Source: an uncultured Candidatus Saccharibacteria bacterium (GTDB lineage: Bacteria; Patescibacteriota; Minisyncoccia; Phycocordibacterales; JAKAEA01). From it: a DNA stretch of 64,000 bases. How positions within the stretch are numbered: the stretch's first letter is position 1; the number at the start of each line of letters is the position of its first letter. Made by a program: the position numbers and the translations under genes. The notes below the pieces were generated by a model. The model was given only the letters and a program-made list of their open reading frames with translations, was not told where the DNA came from and searched no databases. Location of the stretch: NCBI GenBank assembly GCA_964577595.1, contig CAZNZK010000003.1, positions 4,261 to 68,260 on the forward strand, written 5' to 3'. Below, piece after piece: positions 39,678 through 50,152 of this stretch.

Positions 39678-39694
39678 TTGGTAGAAATGCAATG

Positions 39695-39728
39695 AAAAAC
39701 CCCGCACAGCGAACTGTGCGGGGAAGAT
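39695..39728. terminator. bidirectional terminator hairpin (serves the convergent minus-strand gene)
   Basis: Perfect 10-bp stem ccccgcacag/cgaa/ctgtgcgggg, flanked by A-run upstream and T-run on the minus strand. Confidence 0.7.
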
Positions 39729-39777
39729 TCATTTACTTATATACATAAATACGCCACAAAGAACTTGTTTGCTCGTT

Positions 39778-41874
39778 CTAGGATTTTGACGTAGCGATCT
39801 GGATGAATGCGTAGAGGTCTGAGACGAGAGCGTCGGTCAAGTCGCTGCCGTTTAATTGAGGAACAGTAGCACCGTTGGGAATCAGGAACGCCCCAATCTC
39901 CATGTTGCTACCACTTGTTAGGGCACTAGTATCAATAGTGCCGCTCCAAGTGCCGTCAGCGTTGATTTTGTAGACTGACCCTGAGGGTTGAGGTCCTGTC
40001 CACCCTCCTATTTGAGGGGAGTAGATGTACACAGCAACACCTTGATACTGAGTAGGGTCAACATCAACGACTCGTCCAGCTATGTCCATGGTTGGATTTG
40101 CGAAAGTCGGAACGGGTGTGAACAACACTTCGGGTGGGGGTTCAAGAACCGTGTAGGACACCGGGTCGCTTAAAAGCGGTGCGCCCGGAGACAGAATCTC
40201 AACCCAGACGGTGACGGTGCCGAGCGTGTCCGTGGGCAGATCAAACTCTGGGAGTTGATATCCTAGTGTGCCCAGACTAGGTTCTACGTCAGTGGTATAC
40301 ACGCCGCCTACTTGGTGAGGGGAGGAGTCGTTGGGGCCTTGGATCAGCCACACATAGGTATATGTGCCGGCACCAGTGCAGGAAGTGATGGCACCAAAGG
40401 CCTCATCGGGCGCATATTGGTTAATATGAGTACCGTCGCTCACGTTCACACTAACGCCCGTTATGACGAATGGCGTAACTACGTCGTATGTGCCTGTGCC
40501 TGTGCCGTATTCGGGAGCATACGGCATGCTCACAATCTTCAGCAAGACCGTACAACTGCCCTTCAGGTTGCTGGGCAAACCGGTAAAGGTCGGCACTGTT
40601 GCTACGCCATTGACCATGGCGGTGGTTAATGTGCCACTGACTTGCTGGGTAATCAGGCTAGATGTGGAACCATTAGGGATGATGCCGCATTCCCAAACAT
40701 AACTCACGGGCCCACTGCCGGTACCGTTGATGGTGCCCGAGGCCGTGATGATTTCGCCCTGGCCAAAAACCAGAGATCCGTTCGCGTATGTAGGATCCGG
40801 AGTGATGTTGATAGTCACCCCGGTTACATCGGTCACTTTGGATGTGTCCGCCGACATTACCGTGTAGGAACTCGCACTGCTGATGAACCCTTTGGAGGCG
40901 CCGGAGTCGATAACCAACTGCACATTGCAGTTGCCCAAGCAAGACTTGAGTAGGCTAGCAGGGGGAACGGTTGCGACGCCGTTGACCATCTTTGCGGTGT
41001 GGACGCTTCCAACTCGCTTGAAGGTGCCGCCGGGCATCTCCACGTCCCACTCATAGGTGAATGGGCCAGTGCCTGTGCCGGTAGCATTGCCAGAGGCAAT
41101 AGGGGCGGTTTTGTTCTGAATGACCGACGTGGTGTTCAGAACAAAAGAGACGTCGCTCACAGTGATGGGCAGGGTGAGTGCCTTGGCCGTCACGGAATAC
41201 TTGCCGGCATGGCCGAACGAGTCTTCCGTGATTACCTTGTAGGAATACCAGGTGGCGGCGTTGAGGCCGGAATCCACATACGTGGGGCTGGTTTGCCAGC
41301 CGCTGGTGTGGCCGCCTTTGGTGCCGCAGACGAAATCGTACAGCAGAGCGCCTGCCGCAGGGTCGTCGGTGGCGAGGGTGGCCGTCATGGTGATGGACGA
41401 ATTGTCCACCGCCACGGGGAGCGTGTCCCAGGTGCTGGGGTTGGGTGTTGGGCTTGGCGGAATGACGGAAAAGTTCACGACATTGCTCACCAACCCTGCT
41501 CCAACGCCGGAGTCAATAACGACTTCTGCGCTGGAGCTACCCACCGTTGCCGTTGACAGGCCTTTGTAGCCGGTCAGCGTCACGGAACCATTCCTCATGG
41601 TGGCCGTGCCATCGCGGGTGCCGATTCTCATGAAGTCGTTACTGCCGGGTGTTTGAATGGCCCAGTAGTAGAGGACTTTGCCGGAATCGCCCGTGGCACT
41701 GGTGAGAGTGACGGAGGCGACGTCGCCTTTCTTTTGGACGACGACGTCGGCCTTGATGCCCAGTGTGACATTGGTCACGGTTGGGGGAACAATTGGCGCG
41801 GTGCTGAGGAGCACTCGCGATTCTAGCGCTTCAAGGGTAAGGAAGCGCTCCTGCGGCAAACGTGCGCGCTTCAT
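39778..41874 (-). CDS. secreted protein with tandem Ig-like/beta-sandwich repeats; GC-rich, probably horizontally acquired
   Basis: Start set at MKRARLPQERF.. (GGAG SD 5 nt upstream; the track ORF starts 17 codons earlier). Repeated ..MVNGVATVP.. modules. Codon usage is strongly GC3-rich compared with the neighbours. N-terminal RFLTLEALESRVLLS motif. Confidence 0.8.
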   Translation of the reverse strand: MKRARLPQERFLTLEALESRVLLSTAPIVPPTVTNVTLGIKADVVVQKKGDVASVTLTSATGDSGKVLYYWAIQTPGSNDFMRIGTRDGTATMRNGSVTLTGYKGLSTATVGSSSAEVVIDSGVGAGLVSNVVNFSVIPPSPTPNPSTWDTLPVAVDNSSITMTATLATDDPAAGALLYDFVCGTKGGHTSGWQTSPTYVDSGLNAATWYSYKVITEDSFGHAGKYSVTAKALTLPITVSDVSFVLNTTSVIQNKTAPIASGNATGTGTGPFTYEWDVEMPGGTFKRVGSVHTAKMVNGVATVPPASLLKSCLGNCNVQLVIDSGASKGFISSASSYTVMSADTSKVTDVTGVTINITPDPTYANGSLVFGQGEIITASGTINGTGSGPVSYVWECGIIPNGSTSSLITQQVSGTLTTAMVNGVATVPTFTGLPSNLKGSCTVLLKIVSMPYAPEYGTGTGTYDVVTPFVITGVSVNVSDGTHINQYAPDEAFGAITSCTGAGTYTYVWLIQGPNDSSPHQVGGVYTTDVEPSLGTLGYQLPEFDLPTDTLGTVTVWVEILSPGAPLLSDPVSYTVLEPPPEVLFTPVPTFANPTMDIAGRVVDVDPTQYQGVAVYIYSPQIGGWTGPQPSGSVYKINADGTWSGTIDTSALTSGSNMEIGAFLIPNGATVPQLNGSDLTDALVSDLYAFIQIATSKS

Positions 41875-41883
41875 GGTGACTCC

Positions 41884-41898
41884 TTGCCCTAAGGGCAA
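41884..41898. promoter_or_regulatory. perfect 15-bp palindrome TTGCCCTAAGGGCAA just upstream of the SD of the minus-strand gene
   Basis: ttgccct-a-agggcaa. Position is consistent with an operator or 5'-UTR hairpin. Confidence 0.35.
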
Positions 41899-42007
41899 AA
41901 ATTGTAAAAGAACTTCTAACGACAACGTGTCGTCAGAAAGTGTTTCCTTACAAATTATACCGCATAGCTAAAGAAAGTCAAGGGCTCGAAGGGGATAATG
42001 GGGGAGT

Positions 42008-42037
42008 GAAAAAGGCCCTAATATAGGGGCTTTTTGT
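42008..42037. terminator. terminator-like hairpin with T/A runs on both sides
   Basis: aaaaaGGCCCTAatatAGGGGCttttt. Confidence 0.5.
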
Positions 42038-42106
42038 GCTATTTTTAGGACTTGCGACAAGATAACTTTAAGTATATTCTTTTCCGTAGAAAGGAGGTGA
42101 TATGCC

Positions 42107-42268
42107 ATGAGTAAAAGAATGGATAATTTTCAGACCGTCGTGGCCGCTATTCTTGTTGCTATACTGTTTTGCGCCATTGCAATTCGTGGATTCGGCATGG
42201 TCGCGGCGAACAATTCCATTCCCGACTCTCCATTCAATCTCAGTGTTCAACAAATGGCTAATCACTAA
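42107..42268 (+). CDS. small membrane peptide (53 aa) with very strong SD
   Basis: AAAGGAGGTGA 7 nt before the ATG. MSKRMDNFQTVVAAILVAILFCAIAIRGFGMVAANNSIPDSPFNLSVQQMANH has one TM helix. Followed by its own terminator. Below the 60-aa track cutoff. Confidence 0.5.
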   Translation: MSKRMDNFQTVVAAILVAILFCAIAIRGFGMVAANNSIPDSPFNLSVQQMANH

Positions 42269-42275
42269 ACCCCAG

Positions 42276-42310
42276 AACGCCTGGCTCGGAAACGGGTCGG
42301 GCGTTTTTTA
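42276..42310 (+). terminator. rho-independent terminator
   Basis: AACGCCtggctcggaaacgggtcGGGCGTTtttta. Confidence 0.6.
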
Positions 42311-42431
42311 GGTCCTCTTGATTTCCGTCGATATTTGAGTTAATCTTTGGTCGGATTAAGAAAGGAGGTTATTAAAAAAGTTCTTTGTTGTTCTTTGTCA
42401 CATTTTTCAAACCCACAGAAAGGTCCCCGTT

Positions 42432-42575
42432 ATGAAGAAAGAAGCGTTTGATCCGAAGGAAATTGTGGCGTTGCCGTTGGAGCCAACACCGCTCAAAAAT
42501 AACTGTGCGATGCCGTGTCCAAGTCCCGACCCGCAGACTGTTGTGTCGCTGGGATACAAGGTCAAGATTTCATAA
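42432..42575 (+). CDS. candidate RiPP precursor peptide (47 aa)
   Basis: ATG..TAA ORF not in the track: MKKEAFDPKEIVALPLEPTPLKNNCAMPCPSPDPQTVVSLGYKVKIS. Weak SD gaaagg 8 nt upstream. Acidic/helical leader-like N-half, and a Cys/Pro-rich C-half. Immediately followed by a perfect hairpin and a radical-SAM/RRE enzyme gene. Confidence 0.5.
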   Translation: MKKEAFDPKEIVALPLEPTPLKNNCAMPCPSPDPQTVVSLGYKVKIS

Positions 42576-42587
42576 CCATCAACCCAA

Positions 42588-42617
42588 GAGGCGTCTCCGC
42601 AATTGCGGAGACGCCTC
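42588..42617 (+). terminator. perfect 13-bp stem-loop (gaggcgtctccgc/aatt/gcggagacgcctc) between precursor and maturase genes; attenuator-like
   Basis: Perfect inverted repeat, followed only by gATTATT (a weak U-tract). This matches the read-through terminators that set precursor:enzyme stoichiometry in RiPP operons. Confidence 0.55.
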
Positions 42618-42638
42618 GATTATTAGGAGTAAGTTAAA

Positions 42639-43922
42639 ATGTTGTATCGTTTGATAGACGATGTTCTGTACAGAAAAGAAGTTTTTGGTTCCATTATTTT
42701 TAATCGGAGAAATCGTCGGTATCATCACTTCAATAGATCAGCATCGGAGGTTATTGAGCAGTGTGTGTTGCCCAGCTCCTCCTCAGATATCGCACATGCG
42801 ATATCTGAAAAAGAAAGATTCGTCGATGTGAGTAGCGAAAATGTCGCAAGCTTTCTTGAATACCTGACCAGTATCGGACTTCTAGTTGAAATGCCAGAAG
42901 GTAGCCGGTGCGCAAAAAGCGGCGCGGAGATGTTTTTCGTTGAAAGAGAAATCTTCCCGAAAAATTATCTAGCATCTCCGACAACGGTTGCGCTTTATGT
43001 GACGTACAAATGCCACAGACATTGTCGACATTGTATATCCGATGCGAATTCGGAAACGAAAAATGGTCTCCACGAATTGTCGACCAAGGAGTGGTTTCGC
43101 ATAATCGACACTCTAAAGAGTAAGGGTGTCGTACAATTAGTTATTACCGGCGGCGAACCATTTTTCCGCAAAGACCTCGTGCAAATCCTAGACTATGCAG
43201 ACCGTTGCAGGTTCCGGATGTTTGTTCTAACAGAAGCAGGGTTGTTGAACGAAGGGTTGGTACGCAGTGTTGTTGCTCTGAAGCACCTTGATCAGTTGCA
43301 AATTAGCATGGATGGACACACTGCCGAATTACACGACTTCATTAGGGGTGAGGGAGCGTTTGCTACCCTGATGTCGAAGTTGCAAATTTTGAAAGACGCA
43401 GGCGTGAAATTTACGACTGCTACCCTAATGCATAGAGAAAATTACCTCTATTTGCCGGAAATTGCTAAGCTGGCAAAGGAAACGGGAGCAGGGAAGCTCT
43501 GGATAACACCTCTGACGCCTTTTGGTCGCGGACGAGATATCAACGACCTGGTTCTTTCTAACGAACAGTTGGCTGCTGTTTCTCGGGAATACTGTCAACT
43601 GATCAGAGACGGAATCGTGGAACCTGCCAATGACTTCTGGAAAATTGCCAGTCAGGAACAGGGATCTTTCGGGGGAGACTTCAATCCGTTGAAAGATAAC
43701 CCGTTTGAATTCAGTCGTGCTATATATACGCTATCGATTGATCCGTCCGGAAACTGCTATGTGGATAGCAAGTCCAGATCGTTGGACGTTTTGGCTCTTG
43801 GAAATATTTTAACCAACGATTTTGATAGCATATGGCATAATTCTGTTCTTGAAGGCGTGCGTAAGGGTTACGAATTTGGCGATTGGACATTCTTCGATTA
43901 TCTCGGCAAGATAGCAGAATGA
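42639..43922 (+). CDS. radical SAM enzyme with N-terminal PqqD-like RiPP recognition element, no SPASM/twitch cysteines
   Basis: Residues about 10-90: ..VFGSIIFNRRNRRYHHFNRSASEVIEQ...SSENVASFLEYLTSIGLLVE, PqqD/RRE-like. CxxxCxxC = YKCHRHCRHC. GGEP motif LVITGGEPFF. The C-terminal about 150 aa contains only two isolated Cys. Confidence 0.8.
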   Translation: MLYRLIDDVLYRKEVFGSIIFNRRNRRYHHFNRSASEVIEQCVLPSSSSDIAHAISEKERFVDVSSENVASFLEYLTSIGLLVEMPEGSRCAKSGAEMFFVEREIFPKNYLASPTTVALYVTYKCHRHCRHCISDANSETKNGLHELSTKEWFRIIDTLKSKGVVQLVITGGEPFFRKDLVQILDYADRCRFRMFVLTEAGLLNEGLVRSVVALKHLDQLQISMDGHTAELHDFIRGEGAFATLMSKLQILKDAGVKFTTATLMHRENYLYLPEIAKLAKETGAGKLWITPLTPFGRGRDINDLVLSNEQLAAVSREYCQLIRDGIVEPANDFWKIASQEQGSFGGDFNPLKDNPFEFSRAIYTLSIDPSGNCYVDSKSRSLDVLALGNILTNDFDSIWHNSVLEGVRKGYEFGDWTFFDYLGKIAE

Positions 43923-44009
43923 CACAGTAGCCCGATTTGAAAACCAAACACCAACCTCTTAGCTTACTGTTAGGCGAAGAGGTTTTTTATTAGGAAAAAT
44001 CGTCTTTTA

Positions 44010-45503
44010 GTGTTAAAATGGCAATTACGTATGGAACTCGTCGATAATTATGATCAAAAGAAAAACGCCACTCGCATACTTGATGAGTTGCGAAATTCTG
44101 GTGTGAATCCGTACCCCGAAAAGTTTGATAAACAGGCCACGCTAGCACAAGTCCGAGAATTAGAATCTGGTACTCCAGTCGCAACAGCTGGTCGAATCGT
44201 GTTGTTGCGCACTATGGGTAAGCTCACATTTGCCCATATTCAGGATTTTTCCGGACGTATGCAAATAGTTGTGAAAGAAGATAGTCTTGGCAAGGAAAAA
44301 TATACACGGTTTCTGAAAGTCTTTGGGCTCGGCGACCACGTTGGCTGTAAAGGAAAGATATTTATTACCAAGGTTGGTGAGAAATCAATTTTGGTGGACG
44401 AACTCGTTTTTCTCGCCAAGTCTTTTTTGAAAATGCCAGAGAAGTGGGTTGGAATTAAGGATCAGGAGGTTAAATATCGTCAACGATACCTTGATCTAAT
44501 CGCTCACCCAGATACTATGAAGGCCTTTATTTTTCGCAGTGACCTCATAAGGCATATCAGAGAGTTCTACTGGAAAAATGATTTTTTTGAAGTTGAAACA
44601 CCGGCCTTGATGCATCAAGCAACGGGCGCAATTGCGCGGCCGTATATCACAAAAAATAATGCCCTCGATATAGACTTATTCCTTCGTATTTCCCATGAAC
44701 TACCGCTCAAAGAGCTTATTGTCGGGGGATTTGATCGTGTTTTTGAGCTTGGTAAGGCTTTTCGCAACGAGGGGGTTGATGTATCTCACTTGCCAGAGCA
44801 TACGCATCTGGAACACTACGTTGCCTATTGGAATTATGAAGACAATATGGATTTTACGGAAAAAATGTTTCGGTACCTGTTCGAAGAGTTACATATTCCA
44901 GAAAGAATATCCACTGAAGATGGTGGCTCAATTAGCCTCGGGTTTCCATGGCGGAGAGAGAATTTTATTGATTTAGTAGAAAAGGAAACCGGAATACGTG
45001 TGGGTGATTTTCACGAGGCCGACGCGCTTCGTTTAGAAATCAAAAATAAAAAATTTCATTTTGAGGGCATCGACACGTTGTCTTTGGCGGGGCTCGTAGA
45101 TAATCTCTACAAGAAGATAGTTCGACCTAGGTTAATAAATCCGACCTTCTTGTACTATTATCCAATTGAACTTCAACCTCTAGCGCGAAGGAATGATACA
45201 GACCCTAATATAGCCGATCAATTTCAGTTGGTTATAAATGGTTGGGAAATTGTGAAAGCTTATAGCGAGCTTGTTGATCCGTTAGATCAAGAACAGAGAT
45301 TCATGGGGCAAGCGGATGCAAAGAAAAAAGGTGCCGATGAGGTCATGGAAATTGATCGCGACTACATTAAAGCCATGTCGTATGGGATGCCTCCGATTTC
45401 AGGATTTGGCATGGGTGTTGATAGGTTGGTTGCTCTTTTGCTTGGCAAATCGAATCTTCGCGATGTCGTGTTGTTCCCGTTATTGAGGCCGGAAGGGGAT
45501 TAA
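44010..45503 (+). CDS. lysS: lysyl-tRNA synthetase (class II)
   Basis: OB-fold anticodon-binding N-terminus. Class II motifs (..FRNEG.., ..GGFDRVFE.., GMGVDRLV). Could start at MELVDNYDQ, 7 codons in. Confidence 0.9.
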   Translation: MLKWQLRMELVDNYDQKKNATRILDELRNSGVNPYPEKFDKQATLAQVRELESGTPVATAGRIVLLRTMGKLTFAHIQDFSGRMQIVVKEDSLGKEKYTRFLKVFGLGDHVGCKGKIFITKVGEKSILVDELVFLAKSFLKMPEKWVGIKDQEVKYRQRYLDLIAHPDTMKAFIFRSDLIRHIREFYWKNDFFEVETPALMHQATGAIARPYITKNNALDIDLFLRISHELPLKELIVGGFDRVFELGKAFRNEGVDVSHLPEHTHLEHYVAYWNYEDNMDFTEKMFRYLFEELHIPERISTEDGGSISLGFPWRRENFIDLVEKETGIRVGDFHEADALRLEIKNKKFHFEGIDTLSLAGLVDNLYKKIVRPRLINPTFLYYYPIELQPLARRNDTDPNIADQFQLVINGWEIVKAYSELVDPLDQEQRFMGQADAKKKGADEVMEIDRDYIKAMSYGMPPISGFGMGVDRLVALLLGKSNLRDVVLFPLLRPEGD

Positions 45504-45643
45504 AGCATTCGGATTAACGTGGCTAGGGAGAGTGGAGGCTTTTTCCGGGTTATAAATACGGATGAAAAAACATCGGAAGAAGTGGCTAAAGAAATAGTAA
45601 AGATGGGTAAACCATTAATAACAAAAAGAAACCGTTAAGTTAG

Positions 45644-47713
<2,070 letters not shown>

Positions 47714-47807
47714 CAAGTTTTCTTGGCTTGCTATCATTATGTCGTAATCACCCGGTGCGCAGCTACGACTAATCGGCCGGGGAAAAGTACCCCTTAGGGA
47801 CGTATCC

Positions 47808-48350
47808 TTAAGGGGCTTTTCGTTTTTCAAATTGTAATTCTTCTCCAAGTCCATTCATATGAAAAATCTTTTCTTTTGCTGATCGTTGTAAAAGGGCAGA
47901 ACAATTTTCCATACATGGACTGAGCACTATTTCTAATTTGCATTGACTATACAAGTGGTCAACTAAAGAACAGAAATCTCCGTCGCCTGAAACTATTACT
48001 GCTTGGTGAAAGTGGTGCCAATCAATCAGTACTTGTAGAACCAGATCTGTGTCAATGTTTCCTTTAATTTTACCATCACCACGATATGTAATCGGTCTAA
48101 AAATAAGTGTGAAGCCGACTGCTTCCAGAAAACTATACATACTTTGATTAGTAGATACAAAGCCCATAAATATATAGGCTTTTTGAGTATTATATTTTTC
48201 CTGTAGGTACAATCTAAATTTTTTATAATCAAGGTTCCAGCCAAGAGTTTTGATGCCCAAATTAAGATTTTGGCCATCTATAAAGGCGTAATTGTTGGGT
48301 AATTTTTCCACGCAGGGAGAATAACATACAGCAGTTAAAATTCTCATCAA
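47808..48350 (-). CDS. NYN/LabA-like (PIN-related) domain protein
   Basis: ..NYAFIDGQNLNLG....VIVSGDGDF motif pattern of COG1432/NYN domains. Lies in a short AT-rich segment flanked by a hairpin terminator. Confidence 0.6.
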   Translation of the reverse strand: MMRILTAVCYSPCVEKLPNNYAFIDGQNLNLGIKTLGWNLDYKKFRLYLQEKYNTQKAYIFMGFVSTNQSMYSFLEAVGFTLIFRPITYRGDGKIKGNIDTDLVLQVLIDWHHFHQAVIVSGDGDFCSLVDHLYSQCKLEIVLSPCMENCSALLQRSAKEKIFHMNGLGEELQFEKRKAP

Positions 48351-48416
48351 TTTTTCTTAAATCTTTTATGAATTCCGAGTTGAAAATAACGCTCCAGGCT
48401 GGTATGATGCGCAGGT

Positions 48417-48713
48417 ATGATTTCTAAAGAAGATGTGAAGAAATTGGCCACCTTGGCCCGTATCAAGCTCACGCCGGAGGAAGAGGGGTCGTTGGCTGCT
48501 GATATGGAGAATATTCTGGGCTATGTAAAGCAGATTCAGGAGGTTTCGGCCGCGCAGGATTCGGGTGCTACAAAAAAACAGGGCCACCCGGCGGCTAAAA
48601 ATGTCCTGCGGGCTGATGGCGAACCGCATAAAAGTGGTGAGTATACTGAAGATCTTTTGGCCGCGGCACCAGCGCGCCAGGGTCAGTATGTAAAAGTCAA
48701 AAAAATCCTCTAA
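48417..48713 (+). CDS. gatC: Asp/Glu-tRNA amidotransferase subunit C
   Basis: MISKEDVKKLATLARIKLTPEEEGSLAADMENILGYVKQIQEV matches the GatC family. Directly precedes gatA. Confidence 0.85.
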   Translation: MISKEDVKKLATLARIKLTPEEEGSLAADMENILGYVKQIQEVSAAQDSGATKKQGHPAAKNVLRADGEPHKSGEYTEDLLAAAPARQGQYVKVKKIL

Positions 48714-48718
48714 ATTTT

Positions 48719-50143
48719 ATGACCATCGCTGAAGCTCGAAAAAAACTTGATAGCGGGGAAATTACGGCTGTTGAATTAGCCAAGGGTTATTTAGCGCGGA
48801 TTGAAAAAGAAAATCCCAAACTCAACGCCTACCTAGAGGTGTACGATGACGTCCTAGAGCAAGCTAAGGCCGCCGACAAGCTTATTGCCGCCAAAAAGCA
48901 GGGACCGATGACTGGTATTCCCATTTCCGTTAAAGACAATATTTTAATTAAAGGTAAAGTTGCCTCATCGGCATCAAAGATGCTGGAAAAATACGTGGCA
49001 AGCTACGATGCTACTGTTATCACGAAACTGAAAAAGCAGGGCGCCGTTTTTCTGGGCCGCACCAATATGGATGAATTCGCCATGGGCGGCTCCACGGAAA
49101 ATTCCGCGTATGGGCCGACAAAAAATCCGCACGATGTGGGGCGCGTTCCAGGCGGCTCTTCTGGCGGGGCGGCGGCTTCGGTGGCTGCCGACTTGGCCGT
49201 GGCGGCGCTTGGCTCCGACACAGGCGGCTCCATACGCCAGCCAGCGAGCTTTTGTGGCGTGGTAGGCCTCAAGCCCACCTATGGCGCGGTTTCGCGCTCG
49301 GGTGTGATGGCGATGGCCTCTTCGCTGGATCAAATTGGCCCGATAGCAAAAACCGTAGAGGATGCTGAAACGCTTTTTAACGCCATTGCCGGCCGCGACC
49401 CGCTCGACTCCACCAGTATTGACAGGCCTGCTTCACCAAAATCCGACGAGAAAACGGATGCGAAAAAATTTGTTATTGGCGTGCCGCGTGACTTTATTAA
49501 GGAAGGCGTTGATGCTGATGTATTAGCTAATTTCAACGCTTCGCTCGAAGCGCTTAAAGGCGCTGGTGCGGAAATCCGCGACGTGAGCCTGCCCAATTTA
49601 AAATATTCTCTCGCTGTTTATTACGTGCTCATGCCCGCGGAAGTTTCCTCCAACCTAGCCCGCTTTGATGGTGTGCGCTACGGCCTGCATAAGGACGCGG
49701 CCACGGGGATTGAGGAGTATTTTGCTACCCGCCGTGAAGGCTTTGGAGCGGAAAGCCGCCGACGCATCATGCTCGGCACCTACGTGCTTTCTACTGGCTA
49801 CTACGACGCCTACTACAGCAAAGCCAATGCCGTGCGCGAGCTTCTCATAAAAGATTTTGAAAAAGTGTTTGCGAGCGGAGTAGATTTCATTCTTACGCCA
49901 ACCTCGCCCGTGCCGGCATTCAAAATAGGGGAGAAGTCAGCCGATCCGCTCTCTATGTATCTTGCCGACATCTTCACTGTTTCCGCTAACATTGTTACTC
50001 TGCCTGCAATTTCTGTGCCATCAGGCACCACGGAGCGTGACGGTAAAAAACTGCCGCTCGGTATTCAATTCACCGCGCCCTATGCCCGCGAGGACACTCT
50101 TTTTGCTATCGGTACGCTTTTTGAAAAGGCAAACATTGTATAA
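48719..50143 (+). CDS. gatA: Asp/Glu-tRNA amidotransferase subunit A (amidase signature)
   Basis: Amidase signature GGSSGGAAASVAADLAVAALGSDTGGSIRQPASFCG and catalytic Ser-cisSer-Lys context. Confidence 0.95.
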   Translation: MTIAEARKKLDSGEITAVELAKGYLARIEKENPKLNAYLEVYDDVLEQAKAADKLIAAKKQGPMTGIPISVKDNILIKGKVASSASKMLEKYVASYDATVITKLKKQGAVFLGRTNMDEFAMGGSTENSAYGPTKNPHDVGRVPGGSSGGAAASVAADLAVAALGSDTGGSIRQPASFCGVVGLKPTYGAVSRSGVMAMASSLDQIGPIAKTVEDAETLFNAIAGRDPLDSTSIDRPASPKSDEKTDAKKFVIGVPRDFIKEGVDADVLANFNASLEALKGAGAEIRDVSLPNLKYSLAVYYVLMPAEVSSNLARFDGVRYGLHKDAATGIEEYFATRREGFGAESRRRIMLGTYVLSTGYYDAYYSKANAVRELLIKDFEKVFASGVDFILTPTSPVPAFKIGEKSADPLSMYLADIFTVSANIVTLPAISVPSGTTERDGKKLPLGIQFTAPYAREDTLFAIGTLFEKANIV

Positions 50144-50152
50144 TGAAGCCAT

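Noticed and set aside
42068-42265. 65-aa minus-strand ORF antisense to the 53-aa membrane peptide
   Set aside because: No SD. The + strand ORF has a near-perfect SD at ideal spacing, a TM helix and its own terminator, so the + strand reading is preferred.
42448-42654. 68-aa Arg-rich ORF (MIRRKLWRCRWSQHRS...)
   Set aside because: Out-of-frame overlap of the candidate precursor peptide and its hairpin. Composition (R/C/W-rich) is typical of a spurious frame.
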